Translations under genes and position numbers: made by a program | The notes under the pieces: model-generated | What the model was told of the DNA's origin: nothing | What the model saw: only the letters and a program-made list of their open reading frames with translations | Database searches by the model: none | Shown: positions 13,576 to 26,194 of the stretch, piece by piece | How the letters are laid out: each line of letters opens with the position of its first letter | Numbering within the stretch: position 1 is the stretch's first letter | Assembly (NCBI RefSeq): GCF_000143415.4 | Contig: NW_003314290.1 | Location: 1,395,897-1,459,896, forward strand | DNA length: 64,000 bases | Reading direction: 5' to 3' | Source: Selaginella moellendorffii | Lineage: Eukaryota > Plantae > Lycopodiophyta

Positions 13576-13634
13576 GCGTTTCTACTCGACCGTACAAGGT
13601 ATAGTAAGGGAAAGAGGATGCTCTGTTCTTAGGG

Positions 13635-15982
13635 ATGGTTCTAGGGGTGGCAGCGGCTCCGGCCTTCTCTCTGCTGTGGCCGCCGCGGCACAGCGAGAAT
13701 GCGGTGCTGGGAAACAGGTTTTGTGGCTCAGGCAAGCTTGGGCAGCACAGAAATCGTCTGGGTTCCAAGGTAGGCTGTAGTTCTGAATCGTATAGTCGAC
13801 GACTAGAGGGAGTTCATAGATTCGAGGCTCGAGGAGAAGCCTATGGTAGTGGCAGCGAAGAATTTGAGTCTGGAGCTTGGGGTGAACTAGGTGGTGAAAG
13901 CAGGGCCTTTGACGACGAAGAAGCAAGAGAATATGGTGATGGAAAAGAAGAGCTAGAGTCGGAGGAAGAAGGTAGTGAGGAAACCGAAAGGGGATATGGT
14001 GAAGACAACGACGACGAGGAAGAGGGATTAGAATCGGATTATAGTGATGAGGAGGACCGAGCAGACGAGGAAGACTTAGAATCGGATTATAGTGATGAGG
14101 ATGGACAACAGAACGAGCACGAAGAAGAAGGTGGCAGCGAGGAAGAAGAGAACGAGGACGAAACGACTAGTTTGGCTGCAACCAGGGTAGACCGACCGTT
14201 TCCGCTGCCTCTGGTGACTGGCGGACGAGGCCCATATCCGGGACCGAGTAGAGTGGATCCTAGGAGACGAAGAGGTGGTCTCGGGCAACCAGTTCACAGA
14301 CTGTTCATTCTCAAGCCTCCAATGAGCGAGAGGCAGCTTGCTAGGAGAATTCTAGCCAGTCCCCAGCTGAGGCTAAATTCACTGCCTGTTCTGAGCTCGT
14401 TGCTGCCGGTGGCTCCTTTCACGGAATTCGACAAGGAGTGGATCCACGAGAATATGGTGGAGGTGAAGGACATCCTTGGATATGGGAAGGTTGGCGAAGA
14501 TTACGACCGGGACGTGGAAGATGACGAGAAGTTCTGGCAGCACAGCAGTCCGGATCCAAAGGCACATCTGCACACATTTTTGTACCTTGCGTTCCAACAC
14601 GAGGAGAGCTACAGGGCCAAGAGGATGCGGCACACACGAGTCGGACACTACAGGCTTGCGTTCCTTGGAGAGTTCGTGTTGGATCTGGCAATGGCGGAGC
14701 TGCTACTGCAGATGTATCCCCGAGATACGCCAGCAAGCTTGAGAGAACGAGCATTTGCAGTGACGAACAAACGGGGCCTCGAGCGTATTCTGTCCGATGC
14801 CGGGCTTCACCAGCTTGCTTTCCCAGAAGACGAGAATTTTCGTCCGAGGTTTCCGCAACGGTGCCTGCTGTCCAAGTAAGCGTGTCATTCTTCACGAACT
14901 TTGCAGATGTGTGCTTGTTCTCTCTTCCCTGCAGGTCTGTGTTCCTTGCTCTCATTGCAGCCGTTTATTTGTCACTCGGTATGTCCGAGGTGTACAAGCT
15001 GCTGTTCGAGACGTTCGCATTTGATTTGGACGCAAAGTCGGCACAGCCTAAAGTGAGATCAAAACACGAGGATGTGGATCATGTGTCAGCGGACTTCGAG
15101 GGCCGACGACTCACCTGGAAAGATATTGCATTTTACAAGGTAGAGTAACACATCCTTCGAACTGACTCCTGATTTGACTTCATCTATCTTCCCCAGCCAC
15201 CTGAGGATGCGTTATTTGCCGCTCCGAGGCTCTTCAGAGCTTGTGTACCACCTGGCATGTACCGTTTCCGGAGAAACCTGTGGGACGTGGAGTCTCGTCC
15301 CAAAGTCATGGACATACTGGGCTACCCTTTGGATGTAAGAGACGAGAACCTGGATATGACAGAAGCCAGAGAAATCGAGCTGGGCTTGGGACTCCAGGTA
15401 ACTTCCTCAAGTTTCCACGAAAGCGCCTTGTCATCCTCTCCTTTGTTTTTAACAGCTGTGCTTCATGCATCCCTCGGCTTACAAGAACGACCACCCCCGG
15501 TTTTGTTACGAGAGACTGGAGTTCATAGGATCAAAGATCCAGGTAATAGCAAATTTTCGTTCGTTTCTTATGGTTTGGAAGGATCATACTCGAGAAAACA
15601 GGACGTTGTCATGGCGGAGAGGCTACTGATGAAACACCTGGACGCCCCGGCGATCTTCCTCAACAGGATCCACCGGGGAATTACAATCAACCGGATCTGC
15701 GGGAGGCGACTGCGCATGAAGAGGCTCCACAAGTTCATCACCTACGGCGAGGAGCGGCAGCTTGAGTTTGCGAGGTGCCACCGTCTGAGGAACTTCACGC
15801 ACTCAGCCACCCAACAAGCGCTACACGGCCTGGGCTACATTGTTTACGGTAAGGCGGAGGTGAGGCGGCTCATGTTTGACGTGTTTGAGTTCGAGAAGCC
15901 GCTGCCGACGCAAGCGGACTTCAATGACATGCTGGCGTCACAGGGTCGCCGGTTTGTCAACACCTTGCAACCCACTTATTAA
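13635..15982 (+). CDS. RNC1: Chloroplast RNase III-domain group II intron splicing factor RNC1
   Basis: Two degenerate RNase III signatures (RLAFLGEFVLDL; ERLEFIGSKIQD), PPEDALFAAPRLFRACVPPGMYRFR and HPRFCYERLE, plus a transit-peptide-like start. Confidence 0.88.
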
Positions 15983-16514
15983 GTTAAAATCACATAACCA
16001 ATGTCAGATTTTATTTGATGTGTAAAACATTTTGATATTTGTGCTTGTGTTTAGGAGTTGAAATATACTATTTATATTTGAAATGATTTAACAATTTATA
16101 GTATAGCTTTTATTAAATATATTTCAATTTTCTTACTGTTTTCATAGGTATTGTTATGCTTAAATTTACTTTTTCTTTTGATCTTCATTGCATTCTTGTT
16201 TTTTGCCATGCCATACTATCATTAATCAAAAAGTATGCATTTAAGGTTGTTGATGTTACTCCATTACATCAAGTTTTTGGTATTGTGGGGTGTGATCATA
16301 TTAATGTTGCACCCATCTTTGGTGTATTGCCATCTCTAGTTTCTATAAGACATGATTACATGGTTTATCCTATTCTTGGTGTTTTGCCATCTCTTGTTGA
16401 TGTTGAATGTGATCATGACATTAATTGACAAACTATGAATGATGTAATCCAGTTTTTAGAGAATATTCAAAAATCAAGTTTATAAGAAGACAATATGTAC
16501 ATGCTCAAGTGGAT

Positions 16515-16642
16515 TCTAGATTGTGATGATAAACTTGATTATTATAAAGATAGTTTTTCTAGATTGTGATGATAAACTTGATTATTATAAAGATAATTTT
16601 TCTAGATTGTGATGATAAACTTGATTATTATAAAGATAATTT
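16515..16642. repeat. 43-bp tandem repeat, 3 copies
   Basis: tctagattgtgatgataaacttgattattataaagata at 16515, 16558 and 16601. Confidence 0.9.
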
Positions 16643-17370
16643 TGGAGACAAAATAAAGATTTCATAGAGTAAGTGTTAATCTTTCAATTTGCTATTTAAT
16701 TCTCCCTCTTTATCTTCTATTCTTTCCCAACCTTCTATAAATAAATTCTTTTTTACAATTTTAAAAGCTAATGATTGAAATAATTTTTTTCATAAATATT
16801 TTATATTAAATGTTTTCATATATATATATATTATACTCATTAATTAATAACTTTGTTTTTATAAAATTGCTCCCTGTAGAATACATAGTAAAACTTTTAA
16901 CTAGTAGCTATTCAACAATAGTTTTAAAAAATAAAATAAACATCCTTAAATGTATTTCAAAATTAATTTAACTCTAAATTTTTTATATTCTTTTTTAAAT
17001 TAAAATTTATATAAGAAAATGTGACCACTCAATTCAACAAAAACTAAAAGTTACATAGATAACCCTAAACAAAATAATATGTAAATATACGTATAATAAT
17101 GCTCAAATAATCATATTCTAGAACTCAAAATTACTTTATCAAGAAACACTATCCAAAAGTTTATATTACCTTATTAAGAAACACTATGTAAAAAGTTAAA
17201 AGTTTAGAGATTTACAATAGTTTAAATAAATATTAAAATTTATTTTAATTTAAAATTATGAGTGTTTAGGATATAGTAATAGGTATATTAAGAATGGATG
17301 GACCAAATTCAATCCCAAATAAATGGTTTATATATTATAATATTATAATTAACATATTATCTAAGCAAAG

Positions 17371-17402
<32 letters not shown>

Positions 17403-19409
17403 CCAAACCTTACACCATCCTCCCTTTTAAAATATGAAAAGGTGATAACAATAAGTCAAGTGGACAATTATAAAGTACTATAAGAATCTGAAGCTCTCAC
17501 AAAACCACCAACATAGTTGTTAATAAATATAACTAAAACAAAACCCAAAGGCATAGCACAAACATTACTTAATTATGGAACCTTTATGAATTAATTACAA
17601 CTCTATGTGCAACTACTAAATTGTTGAATTAACCCCAAAGCCATAACTTTGAATAAAAACAAGGGACTTTGAGAGTTAATGTAGTTTATAAAGCACTATT
17701 GCAATAACTAATATATCCTATTTTTAAGTCTGCCTATTAATGATTTTCTAAAATTATTGTTAACTCAAACTCACTACCATAAGCAAAACTTGCCTTTGCA
17801 TCTTCCCTTCAATCAACATCTAAAAACTCAAACTCACAACTTTGTTTACCATTACACATAAAAGGTTTGACTCACTTCATTTATCCTTTATATCATCTTT
17901 ATCCCTTTCTCAAAGGAAAAAAATTGTGAAGCATTAACTTTGTTTTGATTTACATTTATCCTCACTCTACTATTTATATTCAGCTTCACTCTATTATCAC
18001 ATTTATTCAGCCTCATTACATCAAGGCTAAATGTTTTATTTGGACTTACTATGTTTGTCCTTACTTCACAATTTATGTCATTCGTCTTTGTTCCATTATT
18101 GTATCTGTTTGTCCTCACTCTATTATCGGGGGCCGAATTTTGTCTCTGAAGAAAAAATAATTTGAAGTGTTAGAGCAAAGAAGAGAAAATGAGAAAAATT
18201 GGGGTGTAAAAGAAGAAAAAGTGGATGAAAAAGCATTGAAAGAGGAATTTTAAACAGTTGTCAAAATATAAATAAGGAGAAAGGGCATAAATATGATCAA
18301 AACCTAGATATTAGGGTATTTTGGCCACTATAAAATAAACAAAAGATTCACACTATTCAACCTCCTTAACACACAACTCAACACTTAAGAAAAATTAATA
18401 AAAAAGTTTACACTCTCAAAGTAATACATAAATTTTGTAGTAGCAATAATAAAATAAAAGCTTTCAATAGCATTCTCGACCAGAGCCATACACTCAACCT
18501 AAAACTCTGGCCAAAGTGACTTAACCCTTGCAACAAAGGAATATTTAATGCCAGAAATCAAAGATAGAAAACACTCAACTCAACACTAGATTGAGAATGA
18601 TAATTATAAAAGTCATAAATGATTGACATACCATGAAAAACAAACATTGCAAATAAAGAAGAAACACTAGAAATATAAAAAGGTGGCTCAAGCTAAAAAA
18701 ATAAAAAGGTTAAAATTCTAGATTTTGTAAAAAAGTAATATAGATCTAAATTTAAAAGAGAATGAAGAAATAAGAACAAAAAGGAATACTAGAGTAAAAC
18801 ATTGTCAAAAAGTTTTACCCTTCAAGGATAAATTATAATGTTCCTCACCTCCACCAATTAAAAATAAATATATTAGGTTTAAACCCTTATTTATATAAAA
18901 GAATGGATGGCCCAAATTTAATCCTAAATAGACTTGTTGAGGTCTAGGATGGTAGTGAATATACCTAGAATATGCTTAGATATTCTAGAATATTCTACCA
19001 TCAAATGGTTGTTATTCATTTAGATTAATCTTGTATTTATAATTTATAAATATATTTATGATTATACTTTCTTAAACACTTTTTAATTTTTTTTTTTATT
19101 CTACCATCTAATGGTTGATATGCAATAAGATTAATCTTGTGTTTATAAATTATAAACATATTTATAATTATAAATTTTTATTTGATCAATTGGATTAATA
19201 AGTAAGAATAACACTACTATCAAACAAACCAAACATTAACGCATAACAAATTATTATATACATATATTTATAAACCTTACAAAATGTTTATAAATATCAT
19301 TCTTATAGATGTTTTAAAATAAAGATATATTTAAGACCTTATTAGCAGAAGAGTGTCACTAACTAGTTTTTAGTAGAGAAGCAGTGAAATTGTCATTAGA
19401 AACCTCACT

Positions 19410-22400
19410 CTAAGCATTATATTGCAAGTCGATACGTTGCCTCGTATCTGGAGGTTGCCAGCAGCAACCGATGGACCAATTCAAGATCCCATCGATCATA
19501 TCCATACTGGAGCATGCTTCCCACTAGCCAAAACAAAGGCATGAAGTATGAGCCAGTAATTGGTATTTCTCAAACTTACCAGATTATCCGTGCTACCTTC
19601 AATGTGGAAGAGCATCGTCCCTAATCCCTTCACCCCATCTGTTTCAGCCTAATGACAGACAATGTGTGATAATATGCGAGAAACTCCAGGCTCTTAAGTC
19701 TTACCACACAGGCGCAAATTAAGATCCCAGCTCCGCCTAAAGCTCCTGTTACTTCCGCAAGAATGTCTGATAAACACCTCTTCTTAGCGGAGAAAAAGCA
19801 AGGACAGGAAAACAGCTTACTTCTTCGATCCATGCAGCAAATGCTGAACCATTGCACAGAGCTTCCCAGGCATTGCCAGTTCTTTAGCCGGCCAATCAAC
19901 CAGTCTTCTCGACTTCGGCTGGCGTCCGTTACGTTGTTAATGTAAGTATACGTTCTCTGGCTGTCCGAGGCAGCACTCCCAATAACGCAAGTCCCTCGTC
20001 CCAGTTTACCGGCTAGCTCGCCCCTCTTGGCGTGCTTCCCGTTGATCATCCGTCCACCGTACATCATAGCGTCTTGGACTGGCAGCAACTTGGCAGCGTA
20101 GGGATTCGAAGTAGCCAGATCGTTCATGCTGAAGTGTCCACTAAAACTGGCCATAGCCCGATCCCGATCCCTGTCCTCGTCAGTCACTGGATGTCCTTCC
20201 CCGCTAGTAAGCTCTTCGGAGTTGGAAAGGAACTTTTTAACAGCGTCAGCTGTCAGCTCTATCGCGGATAGAAGTGCCTGTTCCTTCAGAAACTTCGTCA
20301 GCTTGTGTCTGGCGCTTCTCGTCCTCGCAAAATGCAGCCACCGCTTGTGCCGTAAGAATTGCTTCTTGTTTGATAGGCCCTGACGTTGCAAGCAACGAAA
20401 CGTTGAAGAGGCGAGATAAAAGTGAACTTTATTACCTCATATGTCAAAATCTCCACCACCTCGGCATTTGATAAAACGTGTGTTGGCGATACAAGGTTGC
20501 CATTGACCTGACAAAACAAATACATGAATTGATAGACAGTAAGATTTAGCTTACCTTTGCTCCAACCATCTTGTTGCCAACATCCGCATGCAATTGGTAC
20601 GCGTAGTCCACAACTGTTGCGCCTCTTGGAAGATTTTTGATCTGCGCAAAGCCAAACCTTAGCAACGTGGTGATGGTTACTAACTATCCAGCTAACCTCT
20701 CCCTTTGGAGTAAATACAAAAACTCGGCTCCCCAGTAGATCAACAGTCACAGTGTCAACAAACTCCCTTGAGGTCATATTACCAACAAATTCTTCTTGCC
20801 ATTGTCGGATAGAGTTCAGCCAGCTAACCTGAGAAAGAAACAGTTAAGTATACTTCAGGAAAGAGAAGATCTGCGTCCCTACACTTCTATACCCTGCGAG
20901 CAAGATCTGCAGCATTCAAACAGTTAGATTGTTGCCTTGAACCATTTATAGCTGGTGTTAAGGCTATGCTTCCACTGAAGTGCACGGCAATGCCATACTG
21001 CGCAATTTTGTCCATTTTGTCTGTTCTAATCTGCAAACAAAAGTTTTTAAGAAAATAGACCAACATAGCAACTATTAAGCACCTGAATTTCCAGCGGGAA
21101 AAATGTCTTTGAACCAAATGGGATGACTTTAGTGTGTAGACTTTGGTAGCCATTGGGTTTTGGGGTAGCAATGTAGTCTTTCATCTGAGCACGAATTTTA
21201 AGTTCAGTGGCATTACAAAGAAAAACTTACGGTTTGCGGTACAGGAGACCATAATGTGTGTACCAGTCCGAGAACATGATAGCAGACCTGCAGCAATCAT
21301 TTCAAATTACCAAAAACAAACCGATAATAGACACGATACTTGTTTGGCACTGCACAGACGATCGATGGAATCCGGCTTCGGCTGCAGCACAATCCTCACC
21401 TGTAACACAGTGGAAATTCAGGTGGCATAACCGGTAAATATTACTACCTGAGCAACGTCTCCAGCTTCTTCTAGATTTTTCTTTTTCTTGTATATGCTGC
21501 ATGCAAACCCGCTCCTTCACAATTCCAATACGTATTTTGAAACAATACCTATAAAGGTCTTTACATAAAGTAAAAATGTTGACACCATCAATTACATGAG
21601 AAAGAAATTGATCGCTTTGCACAGACTTTACCAACGCATTTTTGGCCTGTTCACAACGTGTCAAGAACACAACAAAGACAAAACAAACTTACCTGCAAAA
21701 TCAGATCGCTTTGACTTTTAAAATGCTTCTCGACTTTTTTTTTCATGTCAATATAATCTGCAGGATACGCATACATAAAAGATAGCTCTTCCAGTTCTGA
21801 CTGAATGAAAAAAGAGCACGTCATTGTTAGGACCAAGACCAAAAAGTGCATTTCAGTACCTTGATTTTATGTATACCTAGCAATCTAGCCAATGGTGCAA
21901 AAACCTGAAGCGTTTCAAGAGCAATATGCCTCTGAAGAAATAAGTGTTAGCACCGTGAGCTCGCTTAAAGTGAACGCCTAACTTGTTTGTGTTCTGGCAT
22001 GAACGACAACGTGCGCATATTGTGCAGTCTGTCAGCAAGCTTCACAACGATCACGCGCACCTAAAATAAATAAAGGCAGTGATGAGATGACAAAGATTTA
22101 AAAAAATCAAGTACAGAACCTCCTCTGTCATTGCAAGAAACATCTGTCGCAAATCGTCCGCCTGAGCATCCTGTACTGCAGCCTGAGAATCAGAAAATTG
22201 AATCTTTCCCAGCTTAGAAACCTGCAGATTTGAATCAGTTGTATTTGTATTCTTTTCAAAAGATGTTACCCACGACGTACCTTCGTTTCACCTTCGACGA
22301 TCCTGCGGACATTAAAACCAAACTCTTCCTCTAGCTTTTCAAAAGTTACAAAGTCCGTGTCCTCCACAGTGTCGTGAAGAAGTCCAGCCGCAATAGTTTC

Positions 22401-23116
22401 CCAATCCATTTCCTAGGCATGTACGTAAGCGTGAAGCTAAAAACGGCTTCTGAACTACTTACAAGCTCGCCAAGTATACGTCCGACCTCAACCGGATGGA
22501 TGATGTAAGGCTCACCACTCCGCCGTTTTTGCCCGTCGTGTGCATCGAAAGCCAACTGCTAAAGTACTGAGCCAAAAGAAAAATCCGTGCATATCTTCGT
22601 ACCTTTAGAGCTTCTTTCACCCTGTTAAGTTCTCCTTGCGAAAGGTAAGAGATGCTAGTCCGCAGTTTCTGGTGGCGTGAGAAATCAAGAACTAGATACA
22701 AGAAAACTCAGGAAGAACTTACATCCCATAGTGAACTGAATCCATATTCCTCGGAGGTATCCGATCCATTGTGAACACGACAGCTCCGCAGCCTTTTATA
22801 AGCGTAAGACTTCTACGAGAGCACGCTTTTCTCAGAGATAGAAGAGATTGATGGGAAACTTTACGCACCTTTAGAATAGCAGCTGTTCGAAGAAATCCCC
22901 TTCTCGACTTAATTTCAGTCTGGAGATGAGAATCAGCGGTGTTGGCTAGATTGCCAGTGAGTTGCCGGGGAGCAATCCATGCAGAGATTGTACAGCAACA
23001 CCTTCTACAGCTCGGAGCTGCCTCCACCAATGCTGAGGACAAGAAAATGCAGTGAGCGCTAGCTCATCGACAAGAGCGCCATTCCTCGAACCTGGATAGT
23101 GAGCCGCGCATGCCAT
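19410..23116 (-). CDS. RSH1: RelA/SpoT homologue RSH1 ((p)ppGpp hydrolase/synthetase; HD, SYNTH, TGS, ACT), many exons
   Basis: [11 protein letters not shown] in the N-terminus, [47 protein letters not shown] ([29 protein letters not shown]) and a C-terminal ACT. Start MACAAHYP at 23116 was deduced from splice phase. Confidence 0.93.
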
Positions 23117-23725
23117 ATCCCTGCGATCGATGTGGATTCCAATTCCTCGTCACGGTGGAACCGGCGGCCGGATGCAGCATGCAAGCAGATTTTCCTCCAA
23201 AATCTCCATGCCTGCTACACAATTCGCGAAATGCGATGCCCGGACACTGCCCGCGCGCTGCCAATCGCTCGAAAATCCCTAATCGCTCTCTCGCCTTGCG
23301 GCATGCACTGCAGCGCCAGGCGAAACAAAATCCAAAACCCTAAGTAGCGCTTCTCTGTTCTAGGTCGAGCACGAAGGACGTGTGTGTGTGGACTGCCCAA
23401 GCATGGCCATAGGCACACGTAGATATTTGCAAGGAGCGTGTGGACTGTGGAGTATGGTGTTCGATCCCTGCCCATGGCAAACCATGAATTTAGCATATTC
23501 CACCGCAAATAGCGGTAGTATCTCCGCATATTCTATCATATGATTCAAGTGGAGTGAGGTGTTCGATACCTCATATAGATAAGTTTTTTACAATTTGCAT
23601 ATTCCACCGCAAATTCTCGCGGTGGTATATTCGGAGGGCCATTTGGCATATTCCACACATGATTCAACCCCTTCTTCCTCGCGTATTAAAAGCCTAGCTA
23701 GGAACAACGAGAAAATTAGATTGAT

Positions 23726-25030
23726 ATGGGCGAGCTTCTACTGGCGCGGCCGCTGGTCGTGGTGGGATCGGCGAATGCGGACATCTATGTGGAGCTGGAT
23801 CGAATGCCAAAGGAGGGCGAGACGCTGGCTGCGAGGAATGGACAAACTTTACCAGGAGGAAAGGGAGCGAATCAAGCCGCTTGCGCTGCTCGCCTCTCCT
23901 TCCCAACGTTCTTCGTTGGCCAGGTATGAGAAAGCGATCTAGATCTTCGGGAAACTCTAGCTCCTCACGAGGATAAGATCAGAGTTCCTGGAAAGGAAGT
24001 ACCAAAAAAAAAAAAGGACTGAACACTGTGTCTCGATCTTACAGGTCGGGAAAGATGGAAATGCGACGATGTTGAGAGATGCACTACAGACCTCTGGGGT
24101 TCGCCTCGACTATCTCAACACAGTCTCGGGGCCAACAGGTCATGCCATCGTCATGCTCCAGCCGAATGGACTAAACTCCATCGTCATTGTTGGAGGCGCG
24201 AACACTGCGTGGAAGAAGCGGACGGGATCGTCGAGCATTCCCGTCCAGGCCGAGGAAACCATTCGAAAAGCCGGCGCTCTTCTCCTGCAGAGAGAAATCC
24301 CAGACGATGTCAACATCGAAGCCGCAAAGGTACTCAAAGTTGAATTTTTACCGAGTTTCTCTTCTTTGTTCTTCGTTGCGAAGCTCGCTCATACTTCGGT
24401 TGCCTTTTTCGGATTGCAAGAGAAGCGGACATTCCCGTCATCATGGACGCAGGAGGCTTCGATTCGCCCATTCCGGAAGAACTTCTCAAGTATATCACGG
24501 TTTTGAGTCCAAACGAGACGGAGCTTGCTCGTCTCACGAGCATGCCGACGGAGACAACGCAGGAAGTCGTCCGTGCTGCAAACAAATGCCTCGACATGGT
24601 AATAAAAGAGAGAGCGAGAGAGAAAAAGGAAAAGATCAAACTAAGAAACAAACCTTTGTGACAGGGAGTGAAACAAGTTCTGGTGAAGCGAGGAGTTCAA
24701 GGCTCTATGCTTGCAAAAGCTGACGAGAGTCCCATTCTCCAACCAGCGATTCCAGCCCCGGCTGTTGTCGACACTACAGGCGCTGGAGATACTTTCACTG
24801 CTGCCTTCACGGTCGCAATTCTCGAAGGCAAAGAGCCAGCCGAGGCCTTGAGATTTGCAGGTATTGGGAAATCAGTCTTTCGCGTTTTGTTTTTCGACCA
24901 TCTTGTTCTTGCTGTTGTTTTCTTCTCAGCTGCTGCTGCATCAGTGTGCGTGAGAGCAAAAGGAGCGATTCCAAGTATGCCGAATCGGAAAGCTGTGGAT
25001 GAAGTCTTAAAACACGAGCAGTACGTGTAA
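23726..25030 (+). CDS. RBSK: Ribokinase (PfkB family)
   Basis: VVVGSANAD, PGGKGANQA, GPTGHAIV, LLQREIP, LSPNETEL and VDTTGAGDTF. Confidence 0.93.
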
Positions 25031-25181
25031 ACGAGCCAAAACAATTCCAAAGAGCTCACAAGCAACAACCAGGAACACTTGAAATGAAAAACAACTCACA
25101 TGTTTCACCGCAGCTTTAGATTCACAGAGAACTCCTGTCGAAAATCTCATTACCAAAAAATGTCTTCTAATTGACACCGGA

Positions 25182-25822
25182 TTAGATCTCGGTATGCTTC
25201 GGTTTCACTTTCTGTTCTAAGAACTGCTCGATATGCTCCATTTTCCAATTGTCAATCCTACAAGGCAAGACGAACGAAAACAAGACGATAAGAATGGGTT
25301 TTTCTTTTTCTCTCATCGACACAAACCTGACTGTTTCCTTCTCGTTACCATCCTCGTCAAGAAGTATGAGCTTGGGCGACGCATTGAATCGATATTGAGC
25401 TTGGACGGCCGGGAATTTCTCCAGCTTGCTCTCGATAAAGGTCTGGACGTGGGGGTAAAACATGAGCTTCCTCATACAAACTTCCAAACGAGCTCCAGAG
25501 AAAGTAAGCTACAAAATAAAAAAAGAAAAATTAACAGGATTCATTCCAGAAGAACCCTATACCTTGCTGAGCGACTCCTCGTTCTCTTCAGCGCAGCATT
25601 TTCGACAGTCCAATTCCAGCTCTTTGAATCGAATCAAATGAATTCACCAATCATGGAAGAACAGCAACAAATTTTACCTTGATCCTTGACGATTTCGGCG
25701 AAGGCATCGCAGTCGGAGCAAAGCGCGAGGCCAGTGAACCCTAATTCCTCACACGTCTTGTCGGCACGGCCACACAATGCGACGGCGCCGAGCACCGCAA
25801 GCACCAAAAAATGGAGCTCCAT
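25182..25822 (-). CDS. Sep15/SELENOF-like ER thioredoxin-fold protein (non-Sec plant form)
   Basis: Signal peptide, Cys-rich CEELGFTGLALCSDC..CRKCC, LEVCMRKL..YP redox motif region, and RIDNWK. Confidence 0.88.
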
Positions 25823-25889
25823 GACCTTTTTCCCGAAGCGACTCTGCTAAACTCCTAGTAATCTTATCCAAATAAACAACAAAAACGAT

Positions 25890-25949
25890 TGCACTGCCCG
25901 GGAATCGAACCCGTGCCAGGGAACTATTCTACCGCTAGACCAGCAGTGT
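25890..25949 (-). pseudogene. tRNA-Gly-derived pseudogene, about 11-nt internal deletion
   Basis: Minus strand ACACTGCTGGTCTAGCGGTAGAATAGTTCCCTGGCACGGGTTCGATTCCCGGGCAGTGCA has an acceptor stem, A-box, B-box and a downstream T5 terminator. It is only 60 nt, and the anticodon-loop position reads GGC. Confidence 0.8.
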
Positions 25950-26194
25950 TTTAGTAAAATGTTAACTATTTATCAAACTGATATGTTTTTCTAGCCTCAT
26001 AAGCATCGTTTCGGGCTGAGCGAGCTTCTCTGCTTCCTTTCTGACACGTTCATCTTTTCTTTGTTGATCAACCCTGTCCGCTGGTCCTATCTATCTACTA
26101 TCTATCTATCTATCCATCTATATGTCAAAATAAGAATATCTCACCCGATTTGGTTTGGTTACTTAATTTGGTTTGAAAAAAAAGAGGGGATCTT

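Noticed and set aside
16515-16642. CRISPR-like array (also considered for the repeats at 6480 and 50362)
   Set aside because: These are head-to-tail tandem repeats without unique spacers, in a eukaryotic context with no cas genes.
25440-25500. Possible true selenoprotein (UGA-Sec) in the SELENOF-like gene
   Set aside because: The motif reads CMRK with no in-frame TGA, which is the usual land-plant form.
25890-25949. Functional tRNA with a GGC anticodon
   Set aside because: The deletion removes part of the anticodon stem 3' side, the variable loop and part of the T-stem, so it cannot form a cloverleaf.
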